Shown here: one piece after another, positions 1-14,400 of the stretch | Position numbering within the stretch: the first letter of the stretch is position 1 | Layout: each line of letters starts with the position of its first letter | Origin: Chromera velia | Taxonomy: Eukaryota | NCBI GenBank assembly: GCA_018398765.1 | Contig: JAHBMJ010000510.1 | Coordinates: 1 to 64,000 of the forward strand | Reading direction: 5' to 3' | DNA length: 64,000 bases | Program-made: the position numbers and the translations under genes | The notes under the pieces: model-generated | The model's input: the letters and a program-made list of their open reading frames with translations, nothing else | Database searches by the model: none | What the model was told of the DNA's origin: nothing

Positions 1-316
1 ATATTTGAGCAGATTTGCACAGAAGTAACAATTGTAGATGATATAAAAGGCTCTATATTACTTTGGGTAATCTAGTTTTACTTTATCATATTTTTTGTTA
101 GTATTTTTTTGCTATTAAATCATAATGTCTAGAATAATTTTTAGAGTATCACAATATTGCAGTCTGACTTGAGGGCAAAAGTCCATTTATGAGGGCACAG
201 GCCTAATGTGGAGAAAAAGATTTGTATATAAACCAAGTGCCCGCCATATCTAAATTTTTTGTTAGAGAATGTATAAAGTTAGGGTCACCCTTATACAGTA
301 ACATAGTGCTACCCCC
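1..316. other. AT-rich segment replacing the 3' half of the gypsy pol (probable insertion or deletion junction)
   Basis: Abrupt switch from RT coding sequence to AT-rich DNA at ...GTGCTACCCCC|TAGG (316/317). The other boundary is outside the window. Confidence 0.5.
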
Positions 317-3223
317 TAGGATGTCATCGATGAAGACGATGACACACCGGCCCAGTGCAGGTCGCATCGTAAGCGTAATTAGTCGCATACTTGCGGGCGG
401 TGCATTCGAGACCCCGAATGGCATCACCAGCCACTCAAACGTTCCCCACCTGGTGACGAAAGCCGTCTTGTAGCTGTTTCCCATTGCAATACGGAGCTGG
501 TGGAAAAACTGACACAAATCCAGCTTCGTGAACCATCTCTTTTTAAAGAGGGTCTCCATCAGCTCCTGTGTATGCAGGAGTAGGAATGTGTCCTTCACTG
601 TCACCTTGTTGAGAGGTCTGTAGTCAATCACCATGCAGAAGGTGCCATCCTTCTTCTTCATAAAGAAATTCAATGCCGACGCACCAAAGAGGAACGTCGA
701 AGGACGAATGAACCCCCTGTCCACATAGTCCTTCAACTGCTTCTTCATCTCTTCCAACTCTGCATAAGAGAGGCGATACGGAGGCTTTGCAGGAGGCTGA
801 GCCCCTGGCTCCAGTTCGATCTTAAAGTCCAGGTCTCCCCTCCTGGGTAGGAGCTTCAGAATCTCATCCGGAAACAACTCTTTGTTCTCCTTCAAGATCT
901 CCCTTGCTGCAGGGTGCAGGGAGGGAGATGCCATCACTTTCTTGTATTCATAAAAAGGGGGCTTTCTTTCCTGTATTCCCTCCTTAGTTCTCGGGTTGAC
1001 TTTGACCTCTCCCGCCTCCTCTCTCCTTTCTCTCTCAACCTCCGTTTCTTCTTCCTCTCTCTCAATTCTTTCCAATCTGCAGAAAAAGAAAGGCGCTCCT
1101 TTTCCCACTTCTCTTGTGGCCTCTCTGATAGTTATGGCTCCATCTATCCAAAAACTCTTCTTCTCAGGAGTGGTATCCCCTCGAAGGAAGATCCTCTTTC
1201 CTTCGAAGTTGAACCACAATTTCTTCATTTTCGGACGAAAAACGGGATCACAGTCTTTACACCACTGCATCTCAAGAAACAAATCATATTTCTTGAGATT
1301 GGTGAAAGTGAAGCTGACCTGATCCTTGTATTCGTTAATCTTCAGTCGACACCCATCCGCGAGAACGTACTCGGATACCTGGTGAGACGGGTCCCCTGCA
1401 AGTGCTCCCTTGCAATCAATCGGCCTCCCAAACCTGCGGACAGGAAGGCTATGCGAATGAGTAAAGGAAGCAGACATGTAATTCTCATCTGCTCCCGAGT
1501 CAAACAGGATTGTGACAGGGGTGTTGTTCACCGTCCCGCGAAGGCGCATCAAAACGGGTCGACGTCTGCCATCGCCCGGACGTCGGGATAGACGCTGTCC
1601 ACGCCTGTCTGCCGGTCCTTTCTGTACTGCCGTGCTGTTTACAGTTCTTGTCTGCTGTAGAGGAACAGAGGGAAAAGAGGTTGGTGCAGCGTATTCATTT
1701 TCGAAAGGAACGGAGGCAACTGGGTCGACTGACTGGGGAAGCTGAGTACCTGGCGGCCTTTGAGGGCCGTCACTTTCCCTCAGAGCCTCTCTCTGAAGGG
1801 GTGCTACAGTTAACCTCAAGTGGTCGGTCTCATGCGCTTCCCTGTCTCTAGACTCCGGCAAGCGTTAGGGGAACAAGTATATACGGTTGCAGTGGAGAAT
1901 GTTGGGTCCTCTCCCATGGGTAACCCATGCATCGTCCTCTCTCTCCCCCGTTGCCCTCATTGGGCTCTCATCATGTCTTCGAGCATCATCTCTCAAATCC
2001 GCATCCCTCTCTCTCTCCTCATCCTCGTCTTCCTAATACTCATCCTCATACTCATCCTCTTCAGCTTTGAGACGGGCGGGACGCACACCTGGCCGTCTCT
2101 ACGGAGGCCGCTGCCCCGAATTTCGGCTCTGACCGTAGGGAGGCTGGCGTCGCCCCTGCCCGTTCTGTCGTTGATCGTACTCCCCTCACTGCCTACGAGG
2201 AGGATATTGCTGCTGCTGCTAACTCCTTTGGTTACCCCGGGATGGAGGGACCCCATACTGTTGGTTCTGAATCATTTGCCTCTCTCCACCCCTTCTCCAA
2301 TCATTCCTCCTGCCGCCACTGGGCTGGCTGCTGCGGGGGCCCGGGCAGTTAGACTGAATGTGCCCCCTCTCTCTGCACAAATAACAATGGCCTTCTCTTC
2401 TCAGCTGCTGCTTCTTGGCTCGAGAGAGAGCACTCAGATCCATAGAAACTAGTTCTCCGTTCTTCTTTTGCCCCTCATTTGACTGTCTATGGTTCCAATG
2501 GTTTCCTCTGTTCCCCCCCGCAACTCTCTTCTCTGCTTTCAGTGCTTCTGTGATCAGCTTCGGCAATGTGTTTGGTTTGGGGTGAACCCGTCCGATCTCA
2601 TCGGACACCGCTTTGGGGAGACCTGCCTTGTAGTCGTACATCAAGTCCATCTGAGTCACGTCCGTCAACCGGCGTACGATCCCCCTGAACTCATCCGTGT
2701 AATCCCATACCCCCTTCTTCGCACAGATCTGTCTAATCTCAGATCGGAGGGTTTTCTCGACGTTGGGGTCTGGGAAGCTGCGGTACAACGCCTCCTTCAG
2801 TCCTTCCAACGACGTGATGGGGATTTCTTCTGCCCTGGCCTCCTCTGCTAGCTTCACCTAGAGGGTCGGCGAGAGATAGGTCACTGCGATGGGGGCCTGC
2901 TCCTCTGGAGGAGTCTTTGTGATGTGGTACAGGTTCTGCCATAAGGTAATCCAAGTGTCCACATCCTCGGCCTTCTCCGAAAAGATTTCAGGCTTCTTAG
3001 GCTTCACGATGGGAGGCCGCGGAGAGGGACACGAAACATTGCCAGAATGGCTCTGGAAGGAAGACTGAGCAAGAGAACTCTGATGTCCTAACTGAGCTTT
3101 CAACTCAGCAATTTCCTGCTGTTGGTGTTCTGTAATCACCGACAGCTGCTGCACTTGGTTTAAAAGCTGCTCAAACCGTTCCTGGAGTGCAGCCCGGGCC
3201 TGGGGATTTCCTACCAGGTCCAT
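317..3223 (-). mobile_element. Ty3/gypsy LTR retrotransposon gag-pol, inactivated and truncated within reverse transcriptase
   Basis: ORFs 2858-3223, 2219-2857 and 203-1861 share one reading frame broken only by in-frame stops. Motifs: retrotransposon gag (VKPKKPEIFS..., YTDEFRGIVRRL), zinc knuckle CYLCRERGHIQSNC, aspartic protease LFDSGA, RT (PPYRLS, VIDYRPLNKVT, KTAFVT, VMPFGVSNAP, VFIDDIL). Homology stops right after FIDDIL at ~317. Protease directly followed by RT fits gypsy order. Confidence 0.93.
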
Positions 3224-4251
3224 CTCTCACGATCTCTCAACCTCAGTCTGTCAACATATTGAAATACTTTAATCTGCGTTTCTAACTCCACTTAGAAGCT
3301 TCTCAGCCCTTGCTGAACGAGGCCCTGCTAGTACATGAAATGTAATCATAGCTAGCACGAGGCTCAGATAACAGATTAGAAGGTCTGTACCTAGAAACGT
3401 TCCCTAGAAGTCCTACTTCAAAGTCTGGTTCTCCTGATAGTCAATCTGGATGCCATGAACATAAGCCGTCGTGAAGCTATATCGATTGGAGTGGCTATGG
3501 GCACGCGCGCTTCCGCTCGGTCCCGTAAGGCAGGCTTATACGTTCTCTCAACGCTACCGACCGGCCCACGCCAATGCTTAGAGGCGGCGCGACTATGAGC
3601 ATTCACGTCACACCTCAAGTAACTCGTACCAAGTTGTATAACTCCGCATAATAAGCATAATGGCGTATGTGCGGTCCTAAAAAGCATATTTCGCATGCGT
3701 TGCCGTGTTAGGTTGCCGTGGCCCCCGCCACTTGCCCATGTAAGACATGCCTAAGCCCCTGATAGGGTGCTAAATTAGCCGACCCCCTAAATGGCCCCCC
3801 GAGGCACTCACCCAACTGGTTGGGTGTATCACGTGGATAAGCCCCAGCTATATATATATATATATATATATGTATAGGAGTGCTTTTCTCGCGCGGGGGG
3901 CTGCATGGGGGCGCTGTACACCCGGCGGGTGGTCTTTCGGACGGCGCGGCCCCCCCCTCGAAGGCTTTTATCCAAATCGGGACCCCCCCCACTATAGACC
4001 CCAATTAAGACTAATAAAAGCCCGCGCGGATCGAGCTTAAACCCGCGGCTGCATGTGTTGCAAATCACACGTGGATCGAGTGCATGGCGCATTGAACATT
4101 CTATCTACATGAAGATCAGATCCACGTCCAACCCACACGCAGACATACCAGCTGTCGATCCAGATCAAACTCCTACAGGCTAGACCCGAAAGAGAATTGA
4201 GGTGTTAAGGGCCCGGACTTAGATTCAAACAGAGCCCTCCACTTTTGCAAC
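3224..4251 (-). repeat. Probable 5' leader/LTR region of the gypsy element (boundaries uncertain)
   Basis: Non-coding DNA directly upstream of gag with a (TA)n tract at ~3849-3870 and a possible LTR start TGTTGCAAAAG (minus strand) at 4251. No second LTR is in the window to confirm it. Confidence 0.3.
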
Positions 4252-4296
4252 ACATATATACTTCGATCAATTTAATTGCAGAGCCCATTCAGCAAC

Positions 4297-4862
4297 ATGG
4301 CTCGTTGTAGAGAGTGTGGCGAGCGTGAAAGAAACTGTACGTGTGATCCGCCAGAAGTTCCGGCTGGCCTCCTTGTTGCTGGGGTTGTTGGCCTCGGTCT
4401 ACTGGCAGTGGTAAGCTGACTTTGGTAACGGCGGTTTCTTGCAGAGTATCATGAGACTTTTAGTAATGGATGCGTTCTTCCCCCCTGAAACTCTTGCAGA
4501 ATTCAGCCTTCAATTACTGGAGGGGTGACGCACCTCCTGGCCACAAACAGCTGTACCATGGTACATCCACACACAACGCTGGCGGCATCTTGCAGCACGG
4601 GCTTCGAGCATCCCGCAACGGAACTCTCGGGAGGGGGGTCTACTTCACAGACAACAAAGAGACAGCCATGGCAATCGCCCGGTACCGTGCAAGGCAAACA
4701 GGAGGTGGTCGTGCTGTCGTGGTCCTCTGTGACGTTCCCGAAGCACACACCAGAAACACCGCAATGCACGCACCTTGGGCGGGTGTCTCCAGAGACTTTC
4801 GGGAGTACTGCGTGAACGAGAAGGAAGTTACTGTACGCGCTGTGGAGCCTGTTCCACCCTAA
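4297..4862 (+). CDS. Small (~158 aa) PARP-like/Gig2-like ADP-ribosyltransferase with N-terminal Cys motif and hydrophobic helix; 2 exons (4297-4410, 4500-4862)
   Basis: Exon 1 reads MARCRECGERERNCTCDPPEVPAGLLVAGVVGLGLLAV, then a phase-0 GTAAGC...TTGCAG intron. Exon 2 has LYHGTS, ILQHGLRASRNGTLGRGVYFT and REYCV, the H-Y-E triad layout of ART-HYE enzymes. Confidence 0.85.
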
Positions 4863-7482
4863 CCGTGCAGCAATGCATGGAGAAGGCCCGCTGGATGATC
4901 GAGCGATCCACTGTGATGCATTACTGCACCGAAGTCCGACCGGGCCCATAAGTGCTTTTTTCACTCATCATTCCAGGAAGGGAGGGGCTGCATTGAGGGA
5001 ACAACTCATGCATCTCTCCATTTGGTTGGCTTTCTGATAAGACGTGAGGTTGTTGATGGATGCAAATTCTCTGTGTTCGTCTGGCGACTTTTTCATAAAG
5101 AGTTAGAGACTGGATGGGAATCCGAAAACTCCCAGGCAGAAGGAAAACGGATGGAGAGAAACTGTATGTGCGAGGGGAGAAAACAACGAAGAAAGCAACC
5201 AGCCGAAGAAGGAAGGGGATTCCAACGAGATCAACCTTTGAGCAGTAAGGGGACTTGGAGGCTGACGAGCCAGAAACCAAAAATTACTTGCAGTGCAGCT
5301 CAGGAGAGGGTTCTGCCATGAGTACAGGACTCCCTCCCTTCCTGCCTGCCTGGGGCTCCTCTGCAAGGGCAGGAAGGAGTAGAGGTCACTGCAAGGAGAG
5401 AGACAAGACGCTGAGGCCTGAAGGAGACGGAATTGTGTCGCTTGGAGTTTCCTCACTGCATGTTTGTGGACGAAAAATACTTACAAGGGCTGGAGGCAGT
5501 GCAAGCATGGGCAGGAACAAAAATGATACGACCTGATGGAAAGCACTTCTGAGGATTTTGGAAGGGCTCTTTGTGTGTGATGCTTGTCAAAAAAAGGGCT
5601 GCCCATCTCTCTCTCTCCCTCCCTCCCTCCCTCCCTCCCTCCCTCTCTCTCTCTCTCTCTCTCTCTGTGAAAGCTGGTGGCCACCGTGATCATTTGGCAG
5701 TCTTGTATGTCTGCCCACCTTTTTTGTCTGTTGTGTACATGAAGAGAAGGAGGGAAAAGAAAGAAACATAAAGTTTTTCCACCTTGCGGCACAAAGGGCT
5801 CATGCAGGCAGGCGTTCTTGTGATCATGATTGTGCGTCTTGATCGCATGCACGTCTCCTGCCTGCCTGCCTGCCTGCCTGCCTGTGAATTCATATAAACA
5901 GAAATGCATGAAACCACTCAATGTTTGGACTTGTCGTGCTTGCTTGCATGAGTACCCATGCATGCATGCATGCATGTTCATTCATGCATGCATATGCGCG
6001 ACCATGATGCGTCCTCTCGAGAGATGTGCATGTGTCTGGAGCTTCGAGGAGAAGCAGGCGTTCACTCAAGACAGAAACAATCATCGAAAGCAGAAACACA
6101 TAAATGAATGAATGAAGAATGAATGAACAAATAAATGAGTGAGGGGGGGAATGGATACACGGCAAAAGGAGTGATCGAACGCGTGAATGAAAAAGTGGAT
6201 GGATGCACATAGACAGATCGAGTGCTCAAAGAGAAAAGAGAGAGGGCGAGACAGAAGAACTATAGTAAATGAAATCAAAAAGGCTCAGATACGAAGATGC
6301 ACTTTTCTTGGTGTTGAACCGCCGTTATCAACGTTTATTTCATCATGAGACTGGGATTTATCATGCGCCAATTTTTTTACGTGAGATTCAAACTCTGATT
6401 GAAGAGAACAGAACAAGGTCCTGTGGAAGAGAAATTTGAATAACCGCTGAAGAATTTGTGTATGCATATTATATTACGCATCATCGACCGTTCGTTTGTT
6501 CTTCCTGTTGAAAAAACATGCAGTTCGTTCGTATTTATGATCTGTTACTAACCGTCATAAGTGCGGGCAGGCGTGTTTTTGTTTGCTTTGCCAGTGTGCT
6601 TCTAACGAGTACTGTCGGAGTATACATTGAGGGCAAGCGTATTTTGGAATTTGAAATAATAATTCACCTCAGCTCTAGACTCAGCTATTATAGAGTACAT
6701 CGTTGGCTAGATCTAGGGTTAGATTGTTGACTTAATCAGTTTTACAAGGGGATGTGTTTTTTATTCTTTTCTTTTGAACAGAATATTTAATATTGAATTT
6801 ATGTAGTATAGAACCCTTGGCATGCTCTAGGGTATGCTCTCAATAGGGCCACAAAATTCTACATATCTTACTTTTTCATACTTTTTTTAAGAATATAGCT
6901 TAGTAAAAGACATCCGAGTCTAATTAAAAGACTATATATAAAAAAGTCAAAAACTTATAAAAACTAAATCAAAATATGTGGTTTTAGTACTGATTTACCT
7001 AAAGTTTTACTTTATTACTAAGCATTATAATTGAGTGAGACCTCCTAGAAGATGTCTAAAATAGTAAAATTAGCTATAAAATATTAGTTTTTAATTTTAG
7101 AATATAAAAATGCTAGTAAAAGTAATAATCTTATATTTAAACTTGAAAAATTATCATATACTATTGGCACTGTATTGCCTGTAATAATTAAATCATAATT
7201 CAATATCTTAACATACATCATGCATAGTCTTATTATCTTAATATATAATTTCAAAAATTTTGTCTGACCGCTTTGTCATGGCCTATACGGTTTAAGTTTG
7301 CACCGTTGATAATCACTGGCAAGTTTCTTCACATGCATGCACGTCCTATGTGCATGCACCAAAAACTCGAAAACAAACGCCTCGATTTTCAAGCGACTGG
7401 CAGGTAACCCTGGAGGAAGCTTGTGTAGTGATCCAAAATTGACTGATTTTCGACCAACAGGTCTCTTGCAATGGTGATGACT

Positions 7483-9893
<2,411 letters not shown>

Positions 9894-11445
9894 TCCCTTC
9901 TGTCCGTGGAGATGACGCCGGTTCTTGAGCGTTATTATGTAGGTTTGTTGGACTGGGATGTCTAGCTTGGAACTTTGAGAACGCTTCAATGCACGTTTGT
10001 TGCTCAGTTTCTTTGGTAGCAGTTGTGGACTCAGAAAAGAGACGGGAAAACTTTCTCTTTTCTCCTTTTTCAAACAGAAAACTCAGACCCTTCTGTCTGT
10101 CACCCAGAGAGCAGTCGGCAATCTGTCAGACACTGTATACCGACATTTTCCCGCCGCCTCGAGCACCTTACTCCAGCACGAGAAAAGGTCCATGCGACTT
10201 TGATCGATCGAAAGCTTCGACGAAAAGCATGCATGCAGCAGAGAGACGTATATATATATACTGCATACATGCATTCATGCACAAAATTATTTCGAAAGAA
10301 AATTAAAACGATACTAAAAGCATGCATGCACGTACATGCAGACAAAATTCGAAGGTTAAATGCTGCATGTATATGCTGCATGCATAGGGACAATCTGAAT
10401 CGATTTCGACACGCGCATGCAATGCTAGTCTAAGATGCTGCTTAGATGCAGGTTCATTTCGATTCGTCATGCATTGCCTGCACGGGGACAGCGCGCCTTC
10501 ATGTAATGACGTCATTCTCTGCCCCAATCTGTCGCCCCTGACGGTCTTTCAAAGTCTCGAAGTGCACCTCCGCATGAGCTGAGGTCCCCGGCCTGACTGG
10601 GCCAAGCATACCGTCGCGCAGCATACCTGGGCCCTCGGCCACGTGCCGTCTTGCTCCCGCGCCTTCTCCTGAACTCCCCGCACCAGTGAGTCTGCGCGCC
10701 TTCCATGCGGTCGATCACGCGGCGTCTGGTCGTATGCATGCATGGGACCGCCTGGGCGGCGTCAGGCAGCCCATAACACTAGCCATGACACTCTAACAAC
10801 CATACAGATATAACAGTTATTTTTGCAGTTATTTGAAGTTAGTTAGTTCAAGCTGAGTTAGTTAGTTCACGTACAAAAAACATACATAATAAATAGTGAT
10901 TAAGTGAACTTGAACTATCAATCTACATATGTACAACTTTTTTTCTTTAATTAATTTTTTCTCTGTGCTACGCCTGTGTTAGCAGTGTTAGGCGAAATAC
11001 GGTGACACAGTTAATTAAACATATAAGACACTTCGATAATAACTTCGATTTGAACTCTATATACTCTGGATCAAACTTCTACGGTATGCTGGTTTTATGG
11101 AGTATAACATACATCACACAGCGCCGGAAGCCGCGGTCGCTGGCCGCATGCAGACAGAAGTCCTAGAAGAAGCCACACAAACATATAAATGGTTGAGCCT
11201 CTTCCGACTTGGTGTCATTTGGTTTTTACTGCCATGACATTCAATGGACTTGACTTAACGAAAAATCTTACATAATCCGACTGCAAAAAAATAGAAGGAT
11301 CATCAAATGAAAGAATTCGAGCGACAAGTTGGAATGATGTACAGCACCCGACTGAACGAGCCGGGGGCACTTTCTCGAGACCTGTGCCTTGCTGCTTGCT
11401 CTCTTCGATACCTGACTGTCTGTCTTTCTGTCCGCTTCTGTCTCT

Positions 11446-14400
11446 TCAATTTCTCGAGGGGGTCTGAACTTGCAAAACGGGCAGACAGAAAGAAAGTGGA
11501 GGAGAGTCGGGTCTGCTGGTGACCCCGTTGTCGTGCGCTCTTGAGCCCCCATCGCTCGACACCTGGCATGATATTTCAGAACCCTGCCCCCCCCCACGTT
11601 CTGAATGCCCTCCCAGCTGCCAGTGCTTCATCTTATGACCATTAGGGGGATTCCGAACGACCACCCCGATGTTTTCCCTCTCCTCAAGGTGGGGACCCTT
11701 CAAGACGAAAGCGACCAGATAAATGGCGTCCGAATGCTGCAAGGAGGCAAGCAAGAAATGCAGGGAGAGAGGGAAGAAAAAGAAAACACACCGAAAGACA
11801 AGCAACGAATTCACATGGTGTCTGCTGAACTCCTCCGGATCCGTGCTTTGTCTTCATAGAGTTGCACCATCCGCAGAAAAGGCGAGAAAAGGGAGAGACA
11901 TCCCAGAGCAGCCAGACAATCCATACAGTGCAGGCAGACAAAGCGCTATAGAGACAAGACAATCTTCTTGCCTTCCTGCCCTCCTGAAGGTCGATCCCGC
12001 ACTTCTTCAAAAAGCAGAAATGAAAGGAAAGAAAACCAAGAAATGCAATAAATGCGAATGGACTGCCGGGATCGAGGCTCCTCCGACGGCTTATGTATGG
12101 TCAATTCATTCACTCATTGATGAAGGACAAAACGAGGAAAGGCGCATGATAGAACCAAAGAGAGAGGGAAAAACAAACTTCAATTTCCTACAACAGAGTG
12201 AGCCCCTTTCCCTATATTCAAAAGCGCACATTCTTTGGACACACAACGCTGCTTCTTGCTGGATTTTTCCAGCAGGGCCTTTACAGATGGATATTCGAGC
12301 GAAAAAGCGAATGAAACAACCTCCTGCATGCACTGACCGAATACTGGACCACATCATCTTTTGTCTTCCCAAAGTACTCCCCAGCCCCCAGCAGCAGCCC
12401 TCTCCCAAACCTGCTCCCTCTCCGGGACGGATCAAAATTCTCTTCCAAAATTGCCCGTCCAGAACAACCACGCGTCGCATGCCACAAAAATACCCCCAGA
12501 CCCATCAGAACATCATCCTCAACCTCCAAAAGAGAACACGGGGCCAGCCCAGTAGTCTCCAACCACACTCGCTCAAGACCTCTCCAGAACTTCCAAAGAG
12601 CTTCGGGTAGCACGTAGAGACCTGTGGAGGCAATTCCCGACTCTACAGAAGGAATCATTGGCGTACCAGAGGATGCGGAACCATGCGGCTCCGAGGAGTC
12701 TGCCTGGTCGCGTGAGTGACCAGCGGTTTCCTCGTCGTCCTGCCTGCTTTCTGCTGCCGTTGCTGCGTTGGTGTGGTACGGTTTTGCCGCTATGGCTTTC
12801 ATCAGGTGTGGATTGGAGACAACGATAAGCTTCGCGGGACTCTGCCTTCCTCTTGCAGGCCGCCCTGGCAAGGCAGAAAGAGACTGCGGAGACTTGAAAA
12901 CAGTCGGCCCCTCTTCGCTCGTCAAAGAGGCGGCGGCCATGGAGACCAGCCTGTCTGCTAGACGCAGGACTCGGCTGGCCACTGCTGCACACAGAGGCTG
13001 GTGCCATGGGCCTTCTCGTTTTGGGGGGGTTCTTTCGACGTGCTTCTCTTCTCTTTCCTCTTCAGAATCGGACTCTTCTTCGCTGTCGGGGGGGGACGAC
13101 GGAGACGGACGCGTTTCTTCTCCCACTGTCTCCTCTTCCTCCTCTTGGGTGTATGCCCCAAAGTCATTTAGAGGAAGCGCTTGTTTCCCCCCCCTCTCGC
13201 ACTGCATACAGGGTTGGGGGGGCACAGGTAGGAGGGACCTGGTCTTCGCCTCCCCTTCCGGGCCCCCGCCCTTTGCCCTGGAAGATCGAGCCCAGGAGAC
13301 AGAAGAGGAGGAGGAAGAAGAGGAAGAGGAAGGACAAGGGAGCCGCATCCGAGGACACTGGTTGATCAACACCAGACACCCCGACGAGGCAAGACAGGCA
13401 CACGGACCCAGACGCCAACCGAATGTGAGGTCCTCCTTGTCTTTAATCCTCCACTTTATCCTCGCACCCCCCTTCCCAACTCCCAGCACATTCCATCGCA
13501 ACACGCACTGCATACAGAGGCAAACACACAGCAAGAGAGCGGGGTGGTGCGAACCTGGACACAGTCAGTGAGACAGAACTTGCGGAAGGATACAGCAGAA
13601 AATACTGCAGAGAGCCAGAAACTTTCTTTACAAAAACAGTCACACACACAAATTTCCACCAGAGGATATTCGCAAAGAGAGGAAAGGAAGACAAAAGATC
13701 GTCTGTTTTTGATTTCGGCAGCAATACGTCGCCACTCTGACAGAACTTCACTCGGCTGAATCACACGAGTGAAAACAAGATGTAGAAGACCAAGATCGAT
13801 AGCAAGAGACGGCTAAAAGAGCGTACATGACATGAAGGCATACAGAAGAATGCTGAAAAAAGAAACCCACCACGAGAAGCCGTTGGAATTCTTCGTTTTC
13901 CAGCCGCGATCTCAACATCTGCATTGAGACGGCACAGTTGCAAAGCGGACACGCCAGGCACACACCCGCACCTGCACCTGCACCCCCCTCTCCCTCCCTG
14001 TGAGGATAGAACGAGAAGAGACGAGCGTCCTCGCGTACTTCCTCCTCGCTGCTCCGACTACAGAGATCCCTCTCGTTTGGATTCGGGGGAATGGTGGGCA
14101 CGAGGAGCCTGACGGTGAAACTCCGGACAGCCAGACGCAGACAGTCGACACAGACTGGATGCCGACAGGGGCCGACGGACTGCCGAGCCTCGAAGTCGGG
14201 GCTCCTGCGCAAACGCTCTCTCACAGGTAGAGACAAGCACAGAAAGAGAAAGGATAATAGAGAGACAACAGAAAGAGAACGGCTCAAGAAAGAGAGGCAT
14301 GCAAGAAGACAGACAGTTGGCCACGAGAGGCATGTACCCGGGGGTCAGGAGAGAGAACAAAAGACCAGGTTGTTGCATGGATCAGTTGACTACAGAAGGT

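Noticed and set aside
2858..2860. Programmed stop-codon readthrough or an alternative genetic code in gypsy gag-pol
   Set aside because: All three stop types occur at scattered positions alongside damaging missense changes, and host genes end normally in TAA, TAG or TGA. Mutational decay explains this better.
6480..7300. AT-rich islands (also ~10790-11110 and ~32760-33800) as defined transposons
   Set aside because: Probably decayed repeats, but I found no convincing TIR/TSD pairs or coding remnants.
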